From Oculina patagonica (lineage: Eukaryota), in NCBI RefSeq assembly GCF_052425735.1, contig NC_135764.1, forward strand, positions 23,498,001-23,562,000: DNA of 64,000 nucleotides. Direction: 5' to 3'. A model generated the notes under the pieces. That model did not search any database. It was given only the letters and a program-made list of their open reading frames with translations, and had not been told where the DNA came from. Below, in pieces: positions 27,027 to 40,358 of the stretch. Positions within the stretch are counted from its first letter, which is position 1; each line of letters opens with the position of its first letter. The position numbers were made by a program, and so were the translations under genes.

Positions 27027-27176
27027 AAAAAATGTAAATACTACGCTGTAGTCAAAAAAACTATTCCCGACGTTTCGGCAATGCTGCCTTCTTCAGGGGG
27101 ACAAAACTATTTGGATGCCGAAACGTCGGGAATAGTTTTTTTGACTACATCGCGTAGTATTTACATTTTTTTTTTT
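27027..27176. mobile_element. Inverted (fold-back) Penelope-like element terminal remnant
   Basis: Arms of ~55 bp (27027-27080 and 27116-27176) both carry GCCGAAACGTCGGGAATAG. One arm continues into a hammerhead core. Confidence 0.6.
27064..27102 (-). ncRNA. Minimal type I hammerhead ribozyme motif (Penelope-type)
   Basis: Minus strand reads GUCCCC-CUGAAGA-A-GGCA(GCAU)UGCC-GAAAC-GUC-GGGA: conserved core, 4-bp stem II, palindromic minimal stem III (ACGU) and short stem I (CCC/GGG). Confidence 0.6.
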
Positions 27177-27823
27177 TCATTTATAGAAAAAAGGTCCTTT
27201 TATTCATCAATATCAGACAGGTTTGATTGTATTACGACGACAAAAAATAGAGGTTTCGGTGTCTCAAGAAAGAAACAATTTGATGCAAGTTTTTGCTCTA
27301 TATAGTTTCCCACGAAACGAATTATTGAGATAAAATATTTAGAAAATGACTGGATCGAATAGCTTGGCATGGATGTTCAAACCTAATTATTTAACATTTT
27401 TACCATGTTTTCAATCTGATAACTTAAATAATAACGCAAAAATGAAAATCTCCTTGATTTACGCCACCTGTGTTAGTGAAAAAAAAAGCTTTGTAGGTTT
27501 TAGTATTTTAATACCCTACCTTGACGCGAAAATCACCAGCTATAAAAATGCAATCGCTTTGTTTTACTCAAAAAAACATGCAATCTTTTTACTCAGTAAA
27601 AAAATAGTCATCCCGTCGATTATTCGAGGAAATACGGATTGAGAAGTACCTTATTTCTCGGTTGAAATCCTCAGACCTGAGAGTTGACCTAGCCCAGTGG
27701 TGTTCGTCATTCATGTTCGTTAACGGGATGAACGCGATGATTATTATTAAAGGTACCACCTTAAATCGAATACTGTAATCAAGTTTTTTTGTGTCGAAGT
27801 AATATCAAATAGGGTTTTTTTTA

Positions 27824-28047
27824 GGCCCCGTCCACACTGACCCGGGTAAATTTGAAAACGCCGCGTAAAATGTTTCCCGTCCTCATTATAAACCCGGGTA
27901 ATTTAAAAGCGATACCCACTTTGGAGAGAGTTTTTGAAAAGTACCGTTTTCAATGTCCAAAAATGCCGTTTCAGTGTATACGGTTTTGCCTATCCGGGTA
28001 AAAAAAGATGCGTTTTCAAATTTACCCGGGTCAGCGTCGACGGGGTG
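27824..28047. mobile_element. Harbinger-like MITE
   Basis: TTA|GGCCCCGTCCACACTGACCCGGGTAAATTTGAAAACGC ... GCGTTTTCAAATTTACCCGGGTCAGCGTCGACGGGG inverted ends. Confidence 0.65.
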
Positions 28048-28700
28048 ACTGTGGTGTTAGCTCACGTGACCCTGTGACGTACGATCGCAGTCCTTGCGAG
28101 AACGATCAAAAATAAGACCATTTATGAATTACGTTTTGCCTCTGTTCCAAAACGAGGTATTGTGCAAAGCAGTTTCCTGTCAACGTTTGGGGCCTCGTTT
28201 TGAAATGGAGGTGAAAGGTTCTTCGGAAAGTGGCCTTCTTGTGTAAATAATAAAAAAGTAAAAACTATGTTAAGAAGGGGGATTTCACATCCGAAACTAA
28301 CCAAAAGAATATCCCTTGAGCCGTCTTATTTCTACCCTTTCAACTGCCAAGTATCTCTTTACAGGGATGTGGCGCGTTTCATATAAAGTATTTCGGTTGG
28401 TGTTTTAAAGGAGCTAAGTCGTTTTTTTATTTTTAATTTACAATTAACTACTTTCAAATTGAGCGAATCCTCAAAATAGCTTTCTAAGGTAGAAAAACAC
28501 TTGGCAAGTAATAATTATAATAAACTAAAAAATATAAAAAGACGACAAACCTGAAGAAAAATGCCATTTTTGGGATGCAAGGTCCGTTACGTAGTTCTTT
28601 TTAAAAAGCGCTGTCGATGAATAGTTGAGCCGTGTTAACTGACATTTTTCCGTTCGAATTTTTTTTTTGTGAAACGTGATCTAAGAAATAGCCCTCAGCT

Positions 28701-28983
28701 GTAATTTGCTTTAAGAGTTTCGGTGAATTGAGGTTCGCGAGGTTTAAGTTTGCCAGATTGAATTGTGATTTTGTGTATGGACGCCGCTCGCTTAGTAAAA
28801 AAAAAAAACTCGTGAACCGTGAAAAAAGAGGTGAAACGACCGTAATTTGCTTTAAGAGTTTCGGTGAATTGAGGTTCGCGAGGTTTAAGTTTGGCAGATT
28901 GAATTGTGATTTTGTGTATGGACGCCGCTCGCTTAGTAAAAAAAAAACTCGTGAACCGTGAAAAAAGAGGTGAAACGACCGTT
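28701..28983. repeat. ~140-bp near-perfect tandem duplication (2 copies)
   Basis: GTAATTTGCTTTAAGAGTTTCGG...GAAACGACC starts at 28701 and again at 28842. Confidence 0.9.
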
Positions 28984-30016
28984 TCATTTTCTTTGAAATC
29001 AACGACCTTTTCCTGAATAAAAAACCTTGGGTCATTTGGGAACTGGAAAATAATGCAACTTTTTTGCACTGTCTTCGTGGAATTGTCACTGTCATTGTGG
29101 AATTGCACGCATTTTAGGCCTCCTACTGATGAACGGTTACAGCACTTAGATATTTTCAGGAGAGCCATTACGTTCATGGTCTGTCCCTTAGAATTATCTC
29201 TTATGCAATGCTTCAGATTGCTTATTTCAGATCGAATAAAGAAAACGGTTTCCCCCTCCCACCACGAAATCAGTAACGACATTGCTATCTTTTGTTGGGT
29301 TCTGGTTTTTCACTTTAACGTCAAGTTTTAATTTTTGTAATATCGGTACATAGGATTGTAGATTGTACATAGGATTTAAATACCCTTAAACTTCAACTTG
29401 CGTTTTCGTAATTGAGTTATCGTAGCAGTAACATATATAAGTTAAGAAAAAATTGTGTATCATTTGTATAAGAGGGATCATGTACATTAGGAGCCATTAA
29501 ATAGAGTAAAGGTCTATTTTTACACATCTCCCTGATCTCAAATAGGTCAAATAGCAAATGTAAAAATATTTTATTATAACTGTATAAAGTTTGATTTTGG
29601 TTCTTCCATGGTGTTTCACTATAGATCAGTTTTCGAGTGTCAAAAATAATCCGGGAATTGCTTTTAGTTCTGCTTCACTGGTTTAAAAATCGCACGCTAC
29701 TGTCTCTACCAATCAGAAGTTTGCTGACCAAAACCCGCCACGTTTTACCCCGCTTCGCGGCGGCTACGTGTATTTACTTCGAGTTTCATTGACATGGTTT
29801 GTCCCTGTGTCTGCCAGAGTGATAACTTTGGTTTTTGTTTTCCGACAGGTAATTGAACTGCTCTATTCTTTTCATGGCATTTTGTTGGTTGGTACATGCA
29901 ACACTAGTTTTTCTGAGACTTCATTCAAGAATTTTGTTTTGAAAGCTTCCAGTTGTGATTGGCATGTAAGTGCGGCACAAAGTAGAGCTCATCAAATCAC
30001 TATTGGCGGAGAGAAA

Positions 30017-30320
30017 GGGTTACCCTATTCGGCGGAACGAACGGAATGGCGATAGTAACCAACAAATAAAAGCTAGCTGCAAGAAAACCGGAGTGAAAGC
30101 TAACTGCAAGCGAACCGGAGTAAAAGTAGTCCAGTCCCTGAACTCTCTCTTCCGCGCGCCCTTTATAGGGGTTGAACCCAACCTCTATAAAGGGCGCGCG
30201 GAAGAGAGAGTTCAGGGACTGGACTAGAGTTAAAGCTAACCGCAAGCGAACCGAGGTGAAGCTAAGTGTAAGCAAACTTAGTCTAGTGGCATTCCAGCAT
30301 TTCGCCGAATAGGGTCACCC
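30017..30320. mobile_element. MITE (GGGTTACCCTATTCGGCG...CGCCGAATAGGGTCACCC) with a nested 100-bp near-perfect hairpin MITE at ~30127-30226
   Basis: Inner element TAGTCCAGTCCCTGAAC...GTTCAGGGACTGGACTA is flanked by GAGTAAAAG / GAGTTAAAG (9-bp TSD, 1 mismatch). Confidence 0.7.
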
Positions 30321-31376
30321 AAGAGAAATTTACCTAGCACTTTGCTCTGGTTTTTATGAACCAATACCGAGAGCTCAAATTGGCAAGATAAAAAATTCGA
30401 TCCGAATACCTCTTGGCGATGTTCCAACGCGGATGTCACACGTTTATTCAACATTTAAAGTTACTTTGTAAGTGAATAAAAACGCTCTTGGCGTTATAAA
30501 CAAATGTATGGACAGTCGACTTACCTACAATGTGTAAAACTAACTAAACGAAAAATAACTTTTCCACGCACAGCGAGATACAAAAAGCTACAAGTCTGAG
30601 GCGACATTAGTGCTCACATCACGGTGTGGACTGTTCAGGCGTCATGTTGAATTATTTTCTGTCGCCGTGCGCCATGCATGAATTAAATTGTCGAACATAA
30701 TTTGGGTCGTCATATGCACGAGAAGAAACTAATTGTAGCCATTTCCTGTTTCTGAACGTAATCGTACCCCACAGAAATCCACCGAGCATCAATTAGGCGC
30801 AATCGTGTACGCAGTTATCATGTCAATGATTTTCTGAGTGATTTCAGTTTCCAAATGGCACCATTGCATGTTAAAACAGGAAGCACATATACCCATGTGG
30901 TGCCTATTTTCTAGCTTTTAATGGAGGAACTGGGAACAAGTTACACTGATGATTTGAGTATTCACTCGTTAATGTCCCTTGATAAAAAGATGCTTGTCTA
31001 ATGTGACTAAAAAATAAAATTATGAATGAAAGTAAAATAAAAAACCGCTAAAAATGACGTGTCAAAAATCACTTACATATTTGATCATATTTTGTTGCCT
31101 CCAGAGCGAAAGCGCGGGAAAATATTGAATTTATTCCCACAGGTCACACGAGGTAAACTGTCCAATCACTTTTTAGGTGACGTCATGTTATCCAAATTTG
31201 GCGCTCGTTTCCCGGAAGGCTTTCACTTTCAACGCAAAAATTGTTGTATTTTTGCTGACAATAAGCGGGTTTTTCTCCATATATTCATGAAAAGCTGAAA
31301 GGAGGGCCGTAACACAAGAGCAGTCGATTCTTTTCAGAAGAAGAAAGCATCTAGCAAGAGCTAAAAATATTTAAAA

Positions 31377-34300
31377 ATGTATTACAACGATCCGGAGGCA
31401 AACAAATATGGCGCTGACTATGGTCCGTTCGACAACACGATGGCCTTTAGCGACGTCTCAATTCGTGCAGGTAAAATTTATTTTCAGTGTTTTAAGTCTG
31501 GAATAAATCAAATTTAAATTTTTCCCGTGAATGTTACTAAATTTTGCCTTTTTCTTCTGCTTGCAGGCTTCATACGAAAGGTAAGCTGACTTCGTATGTT
31601 GAAAATATTAAAATTGAATTTCAAAACAGCTGTTTCGTGAACTTGTTCAGGACGTGCAGGTTTGCGTTCACCTGTTCTAACACAAGGGTGACCTTTTTAT
31701 TATTAAATACATTATTCTGGCTGATCTAGCGTACAGTATGTTGCCCTATTTCCCGGACACCCCTATTTCCGGACACTTTGACTTAAAAATTTCGTATATC
31801 GTCGTAACAGTAAAATTAAGTTAAACAAAAAGTTCAGAAAACTTAGCGATTAGTCTGCTTTTGTTTGCTTTTTTTTCGGCCGAGCTGCGCTCCGTTTTAA
31901 TAGAGGGGAAAATTCAAGTTTTCGTGGAGGTATGGTAAAAACATTTTTCTTCGTAAATCCGATTTTTACAGCGCGTCAAACTACATCGTTTCAATAAAGC
32001 GCTCTGCTCTCGCAAAGTGCGCGATATATTATATTTATTTATATATTAAAGTAAAGGTAAAAGGACTAGGTTTATCAGCATATAATAAATTTTCAGTTTT
32101 CGCTCTTAATTTCCGAGCACGGTCACCAAAGAGTTAAGTTGAATTTTTGATGAGGTGTGCCTAATTCCGGACGCATACCAACAGCAAACTTGTTTACCTA
32201 TTTGAAAACAATTTTATGGAATAGGTCTTGAAAAACAAGCATTTTTGTAACTGTCTGTGCTGTTTTAAAGCTTCGATACCTGTTTTGGTATTGATTAATC
32301 TTCCTTGGCGAACTTCGTTTCAAGTGGCCGAAACATTCGCTGAACATTGTTTATGTCAATGGCCTGATGATTTCCTCGCTAAAATTGAAAGAAAAATGCT
32401 TTAAATTATGCCTGAAAGACAATTTTTCAAAAGAGTAATCCTTTATACAGCCCTAATGACTTATATTTTGCCATGATCGGGAATAATATTTCCGAGAGAA
32501 AGGGAGTATTTTCCTCGTAACGATCGTCCGGAATTAGGGCAACTCGTCCGGAATTAGGGCACCGAATTTGACTAACTCTTTCCATGATTACAAAGAAGCA
32601 AAAGAGATTTAGAAGATAAAACTCCACGACCTACTTACCAGCAGTGGAAGCTACATTGTGGGTAAGTTTCAGCTCGTAAGTGCTGTTTTGAAGTAAGATA
32701 TTACGGTAAGTGCAAAAAGTGTCCGGTAATAGGGCAACATACTGTACATCAGAAGTGCGATTAAAGTTTTACTTTTGCTTAGAATCGTTTGGAAGTCTTT
32801 ACACTTCATGGGACCATCTTTAATATATCACTATAAATTGAAGTTTATAAACGTAAATTTATACTTTGCTATTCATAACATTGATCTACCCCCTGATAAA
32901 ATAACAATAACATAACACTTCAGTTAAACGTTAAGAGTATCGTTTTCAAAATTTGATATTTATAAACAGTAAGCTTATGAGATTTTAAGTTTTCCCTCTG
33001 CTGGTTATGGTTGATGTAAATGCTACCATTCATTCTTTCATTTAGGGAAACGGTATCCGGTCGTTTCGAGACAAAGTCTTTTCGAGACAAGTCGTTTCGA
33101 GACAAGTCAAGGTCGATTCGAGACACAAGTAAAGTCGTTTCGAGACAAACTGAGACACATGTAGAGTCGATTCGAGACAAACTGAAATTGCTTCGATTTG
33201 GAAGTAAACCCCAGAAAAGATCAGTATATTTTAGTGTTTCAGTTTGCGAAAAAGCTAAAATTCGCTGAAGCGACTCGATCGATCAACATAAATAATACCC
33301 AGTGCTCCCGCGACACAATCGAATTGTAATACCCAGTTTTCCCGCGACTCAACCGATCGGTCGACCGATCTTGTTTTATTCTCAGCGCGTAATAACAAAC
33401 TTTATTGAATCTTTATTTAAAAATATTGAAGTATTCGTTGATCATGACTTTTGCTGATGTGGTGGCTCCTAAAAGAGCCGTTTTTTGTCAGCTGTCGCAT
33501 CGGATGCCTTGTTGTCTAGGCCGAACAGGTTCATTGCATACAATGCAGTTTAAAACTCGCTTTAACTCGGGAACTGTAGTTGATAGTCGTGATGTGATCG
33601 TGAGATCGAATGATCATTCTTCGCGCCCTAGGTGTTTTCGAGTTTACTTTTATATCGAAACAGTTTCAGTTTACTTTTATATCGAAACAATTTCAGTTGT
33701 TTCAGTTGTCTGGGCTTATTCAATCGTTAGATGTGCCTACACTAGGTGCATTGCTTTCAAAAAATGAAACAATAACAGGCCTTCCTCTTTAGCACATACA
33801 CCACAAAGTCCAGACCTGAGTTTTATAAGAGGCGCCTTTATTATAGACTGAGGAAGAGATTCTATGAATTTTGGTCTCCAGGAGACCCAGAAGCCATGCA
33901 AAACTGCAGGCTTAGTCCATAAACCTTTTGTTGAAATAGAAACACAACTACATTTTTAGCCATCAATGACAAAAACAACCACATGTAAGAAGACAGAAAA
34001 GTGGCACATTAAGATCCTAAAACCTACAGTTTGTTCTTTAACTGACATTATTTTTAGCTTTAGACTTTGAAAAAAAGGAGATCCTCTTCAGGAAATATGT
34101 TGTGAATGTTTGGGATGTAATCTGGAGTGTGAATTATTGATAAAACAGTTCTCAGCTGGAGGGGAACAGGGGGGGCTGAAGCCTGAGAGAATAGGGATGT
34201 AACTAAGAGCCAGCTACCGTCCAATTTCACCGGCTGAAAGGGAGCGTAACACCGGCTGAAATTTTACTTGAAAACAAAGTCTCTGGATAATTTTGAAGAT

Positions 34301-37300
34301 ATATAGAGCAGAGAGCCGGCTGGGCTTTTTAATGAGCCAGCTTAGTGTTTTGTTAGCTACATCCCTGGGAGATTAGGAGGTGGGATGGATATGGGAGGTG
34401 AGGGAAGAGAGGGCAGGAAGCGGGTTTCCCAAGGTGGCAGAAAATGGAGGAACCACTTTAGAAAGGGACAAGAACTATGAGTAAAAGGTGCGGGAAGCAG
34501 GAGGTCCCCCACCCCCTAGTAAAGGAACAGAGATGCAGTAGTCTTCTTCTAAATAATGTTAATAAATACAGTTTTCATACATGTAGGTGTATAGCATACT
34601 CCTGTGCCAGCTGGTGGTTACAATAGCTTTCATCTGCTTCTTCCTGTATTGGTACGTAATCTTTCTGAGGTTGTCATATACATTTGTAAAATCTATAAAT
34701 CAGAATTTGGCTCCTCCTTGGAAAATATCAAGGGTCTTGGAAACAAAACTCACTGTTTTTCTTGGGTACCGCAGTCATTATTTAACAAATGGCTTATTCT
34801 TTAGCATGCACTATCAAGTTATGGTGCTCACAGGAAGTTTGAAGAGCATGAAAGAAGTGCTGAATGCAGCAGCCTCTGGCTTCTTTGTGAGGGCTCTCTA
34901 AACTTCTTCTCAAAAGTGCATGCTAAAGCATGGATGAACCAATTGTTTTTTAACGTTGCCTGTTGAAACCTACATCAAAACCTACACCAAAAATAAAAGA
35001 AATTTTACATGAAAAAAAGTTTGTCTGGCAATGCACTATTGGATTATGGTTCATGCTTACAGATACTGAATTTGATTGCTAGGCTCTGCTAGCTCTATGT
35101 TATAATGCTTATTGTTCCTTTTTTTTTTCTAATGATCAGTGAGCCTGTTCAGGAATATGCAAGAAATCACGTAGGATTGTTTTATGGAGCATTGTAAGTA
35201 CACAAGATCAAACTTTACCTTAAACTAATAGTGTTTATAAAATAAATTTATAATTGTGTTTCCAGATCATGTCACTGCAACACATACATAGTCTACCTAT
35301 CCACTTGGCTCCTCTGCCTTGTACAAACCAATTCAGTTTTTTGGACGCTTTCCTTGAGTTTTAAGTTCTTGTGTCATGCATCTCACTCTTGTGATCATCT
35401 CTTTTTCAGAGCGGTTACTTTTGTCACCATGATTGCCATGGCTTGTTGTGAAAATGTTAGGTAAGCTGTTTTGCCTTATTATTGAAACAGCCTTAGAAAT
35501 ATGGAAATATAGCAGAACAGATATAGGACTAATACCCCCCCCCCCCCCTCACCCCAGAGTATTCACTGTTAAAGGTATGGTTTTCAAGCAGTTTTGTGCG
35601 GTATAGGGCATTTAAATAGGGTAATGGCTTCCAAGTCCCAGTGGCACATCCCCATCCTAAAATTCCCAACGTATCCCCCAAATCCCTTAACATGTGCACT
35701 GCACTAACCAATAAGGCCACAATAATTATTATATGCCTTCTATAATTGGGGAATAATATCTATGAATAAGCCTTGCCCACATTATATTACCTCATGTCTC
35801 ATATATGTACTTGAATTGGGTCTTGATATACACTGTATCAGTAAGCGCTTGATTCTACACCCATCATAATACTTGCAACAATAGGTTGTTTAACATTTGC
35901 AGAAGTTGATCTCATCTGTTTGTTTTACTTGCAGGCGGAATTTCCCCACTAACATGATCTTTCTTTCACTTTTTGTAAGTAATATACCTTCCATTTTTTT
36001 TTGTTTCTTTAACCATTCTCAACTGATAAGTTTTTATAAAATTTCAAGATATGAAATTCGTAATCCAACAAGTTATAGCTATGGGGCAGTAGAATTTCAT
36101 GATTTTTTTTAAAAAAAACAAACAAACTAATACTATGACATAACAAAAGCATGAAGCATATTGCAGGTTTTGTTATTCAAAGTAACTTATTAATTAACCC
36201 ATTGACTCCTGAACCGGCCTAAGCCGGCTGTAAAGGATCCGAGCATTTGTCCCACTTGTGACGTCATCACCTTTCACCCAGAAAGGTGACATCTATATGC
36301 TCAAATTGTGAAGCAGAACAAGACCTTTTCAACAATACCTAAACCAGCATGATTAGATTGATGGAGCTTGAAATACTGGTATGCACCAAAACGCTTCAAA
36401 ATTTTACTGAAAAACTCAGAGGAAAATTTCCCCTTTCCACCCTTTGCTTGTCCATGGTAAGTAGTTCTTCTACTAGAAAGAAGCCAGGTAGAAGGCCAAA
36501 CACTGCAGCAAAAAGAAAGGAAGAAGAGAAAAAGAAAAAGCAAAAAAAAAAACGAATAACCTTAAGTCCTGTGGTAGGATGGTTTATCGTCCAAAAATCT
36601 AAAAAAAATGCGTTTTTTGGAAAAACTCCAGGAGTCAATGGGTTAACTTACTTTATGAACTTTCATAATTTCAATCATTTCATTATGTGAGAAAAGCAGA
36701 CAGTCTTAATGTTATGAAAACAAAAATTGTTTTCTCTGACAAGGCCAAAAACTATTTTTGGTCTTCATAGGCCGTGTTCACACTTAGTGCCCGAGCACTG
36801 GTACCTGAGCACTGGCAAAAAATAGCGTCTCCTTCAGACACAGAAAAATCAAAGTACCCAAGTACCAGAATTATGGCGTGGCTAGTACTTGAAAGAATAG
36901 TATGTTCACCTAAGTGCCCGGCAAGAATCATACTCTGGCACTGTGTCCAGCAGACACAGTGCCAGAGTATGTGAACACAGCCAATTATGTACAAGTGACA
37001 GTGACAAATTATTCTTTGTGTTTGCAGACACTTTGTGAAGGATATCTTCTTGGTGCTGTGTCAAGGTTAGTACAGCTACAGATTTGTCCATTTTTTTAAA
37101 TTTTTTGTTCAGTATCACTGCATACCTGCATCAAGAAAAGAGGTGTTACTTATGTGGGCCAAACAATGGGATTTGTTGCTGGACGGGGTATGGGTTTGTA
37201 ATAAAAAGGGTATAAAATCTCTCTTTTTGTAGTTCTTTACAATTAACTTTTTTAAATGTGTTTCATTTTCTAAATCTGATCGGGTAAAATATTTGGGTTG

Positions 37301-40300
37301 TCATCAAAAACAGAGCCTTGATAGGAGATAGGAAATACATGTAGGGGAATGGACAAATTTAAACATTCTCCAGGTTGTTATTCTCTTTCTCTAAAAAGCT
37401 ATAATTTTTTGCTAAACTGAAGTGTTTATATGAAATGAAGTGTTTACAAGTGTCAATCTGTTATCTTTTGTGCAGTGTGTATGAGAAGGATGAGGTGCTG
37501 ATGGCTGTAGGAATTACTGCAGTAAGTTGCTAAAATTAATTATGTTTAAATACTGTTTGCTTCCTTTTTGTGGAAGGATAGTACTATGATAATGATCAAT
37601 TTCAACAATTTCAAGAGTTATGTCTATCAAAGTGACCTTAATAATATTCGCTAAATTACCTTTTCTTTATTAACGATAAGTAAATTTCAGAAGTATAGGA
37701 TAAAAGGTCAGTAAAAGTTTTGTGAGCATTTCATAATTCTTGTGTATGTTTTTCACAGGTTGTTGTGCTGGCAATTACTATCTTTGCATTTCAAACCAAG
37801 GTGAGGGACAACCTACTTTTTAATTATGTATCATCCTCCTGCTGTACATTGGCCAACATTCCTTGAAACTGAGCTAAGTTTATGCGTTGCAACAAATATT
37901 TGTAGTGTAAGATATATAATAAGCTGATGTTTTTTCCTAACAATTTTTCCAACAATATTTTCTGTTGACAGTATGACTTCACCATGATGGGAGGATTTCT
38001 GTTTGTGGCACTGATAATCCTCATTTGCTTTGGCTTTTTGATGATCTTCTTTCACAACAGGGTAGGTACAACTGTCCAGATAAAAGTTTTCAAACAAATT
38101 GAAAGAAACCATTCCAGGGAACATCGTGTTAAACTAAATTTTTTAGTATATTTAAGAGGAAATCCGCCAGGACTTCGAGTAGTTATTGGACAAAATTATG
38201 TACCAAAACTATTTACACATGATTGTAAGCTTTTGTGTTACTGCTTCAAGTATCTTATCGAAAGAAGTCTTTTCTAACAACACCAAACATCAAAAACAAA
38301 TTTCGAAGTTTCACTGAATTCCAATGAAACGCTTAAAAGATGTGAGCTTTTGCCCATAGCTTATGAACTTTGAATATCATTTTCTCAGACTCTGATAAGA
38401 AATTGTTGTACCAGAATTATTTCCACCTTTCCGCTGAATTCCACTGAATCGCTTAAGACGAATTTACAAAATGGCTACACGTGAGATTTTGCCTATACCT
38501 TGTGAACTTTGAAATTCATTTTCTCAGACTCTGATAAGAAATTATTGTTGGTGTTATCACAGATAATTACTTACATCTAAAGTTAGCTTTTATTAAGGGT
38601 AGGAAATAACGCAATAGGATTTAAATTATTCTGGTACTTGATTTTTGTCCAACTTTAATAAATATTACTCGACTTCCTAGTGGATTCCGTCTTAACATTT
38701 ATTCCAGGAGCCCCCGTTACATGTGAAATGGTTGATAGCCAACAAGGTGTGTAGAGGCAATGAAGTTGGCTATAACTATCTCATATCCAACAAGCGCGTG
38801 TGGAATAGCTGTTTTATTTAAACACCCAAAGAATTGCAATATTTGTTGTCCATGGTATATGAGCTCATTTTCCTTGGCCTGTAAACCAATCAAAACTCAG
38901 AAATTGCAACATACCATTCATCATCATTGTTCCTTGTCACCCCCTTGGGAGCATAGGGCGTCCACCAGTTTCCTCCAGCGCACACAGTTCTTTGCTAATG
39001 CTTTGGCCAATCCAGCGCCATTTCCTTCGCTTAATTGATGTTACAATGGATTCCATCTTGGTCCTTCTTAGCAGTTCTTCATTGCTAATTACGTTCGGCC
39101 ACAGGACTCCCAAGATGTATCTGAGACATTTGTTGACAAAAACTTGCAGTTTATTGTGAAGGGCCTTGGTTGAACGCCAGGTCTCACATCCATAATATAG
39201 AAGAACGGACTTGGCATTGGTGGAAAATATCCTGAGCTTTGCTAGTTTTTAATGAAACAAGAAAGTTTAGTTTATTATTTTTTTATTTTTATAAACAGTT
39301 TTATTTACAAACATTTTTAAAATGAGGGACGACAAATTAAAACTCATGTACATACTGCATCTTTTATAACAATGAATGTAATCATTAATCAATATGGAAT
39401 TGCATTTTGTGGAACCAGTTTTATTCTTAAGACTCATAAGCCAAACCTTAACATTGGGAACAAAGCCACTAAAGAACTTTTATTGTTTTGTTGACTTTTT
39501 GTGAATCATTATAAAATACTTTAAAATTGTTGAATTTCAGGTGCTGTCAATCGTTTATGCCTCACTCGGAGCTCTTATATTTGCTGCGGTAAGTTGCTAT
39601 AGATACAGCCTTCTTTCACTGCTTTATTTCACTTCCACACGTCGCCATTTCTGTTGCAGATTTTTTTTATTGTTATTATGTAGCAACTCTGACATTGTAC
39701 TATTCCTGGGTGTTACACTTTTGGTTCTCAAACTTCAACTATTTTTCCCTGTTAACTCATTTCTTTCTTCTAATTAACAGATCTAGACTAACGGTAGAGA
39801 TATAGACTTATACTATTACTATAGGCTATTAGCTAAACAACTTAAGAGAAATATGCCAATTTATCAACCTAACCTAATATATAGTTAAATATCTAGAATT
39901 AGGATACTTGTTGCAATTTCCTTTTTTGCATTTCAATGTCAAAACTCCAAACACAATTAGTGGAACTGGAAAATTTGAAGTGGTCTAGTCATCTTGAAAA
40001 GTACTTGGATGTCCTGGACTATATTTTAGACATCTTCCAAAAACCTGACTCCCCTAGGATCTTTTATTTGACTCAGGAAAAGTTTCCAGGTACATGTATT
40101 TTGAGATGCAGCCAGGCGGCAAGGTGAAGGTCAAAGAAAGCTCCTGTATTGAAAGTAGAAGGGAATACGGTGTCTCATGTTTGTTCTGTTGTACTTTTCT
40201 TCCAGTACCTAGTGTACGACACACAGATTATGATGGGCGGTGGCAAAATGTACTCCATCTCTCCTGAAGAGTACATCTTTGCTGCCTTGAATCTGTACTT

Positions 40301-40358
40301 GGATATTGTCAACTTGTTCTTGTACATCCTGCAATTGATCTCAGCTGCAAGAGATTAG
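31377..40358 (+). CDS. Protein lifeguard (TMBIM/BI-1 family; GRINA/FAIM2-like)
   Basis: 12 exons: 31377-31470, 31567-31580, 34587-34651, 35140-35193, 35410-35460, 35935-35974, 37028-37065, 37476-37521, 37759-37800, 37972-38061, 39541-39588 and 40206-40358. Motifs FSDVSIRAGFIRKVYSILLCQL, RRNFPTNMIFL, FAFQTKYDFT and YDTQIMMGG...SPEEYIFAALNLYLDIVNLF. Confidence 0.95.
31734..32744. mobile_element. Tc1/mariner-pogo-type non-autonomous element
   Basis: TA|CAGTATGTTGCCCTATTTCCCGGACAC ... GTGTCCGGTAATAGGGCAACATACTG|TA: TA TSD, CAGT termini and internal CCGGAATTAGGGCA repeats. Confidence 0.85.
33051..33185. repeat. Array of TTCGAGACA motifs, probably the sub-terminal repeats of a truncated DNA transposon
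   Basis: About six TTCGAGACA(A) copies at 16-30 bp spacing after CGGTATCCGG. Confidence 0.55.
36198..36642. mobile_element. piggyBac-type MITE
   Basis: TTAA|CCCATTGACTCCTG ... CAGGAGTCAATGGG|TTAA. Confidence 0.85.
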
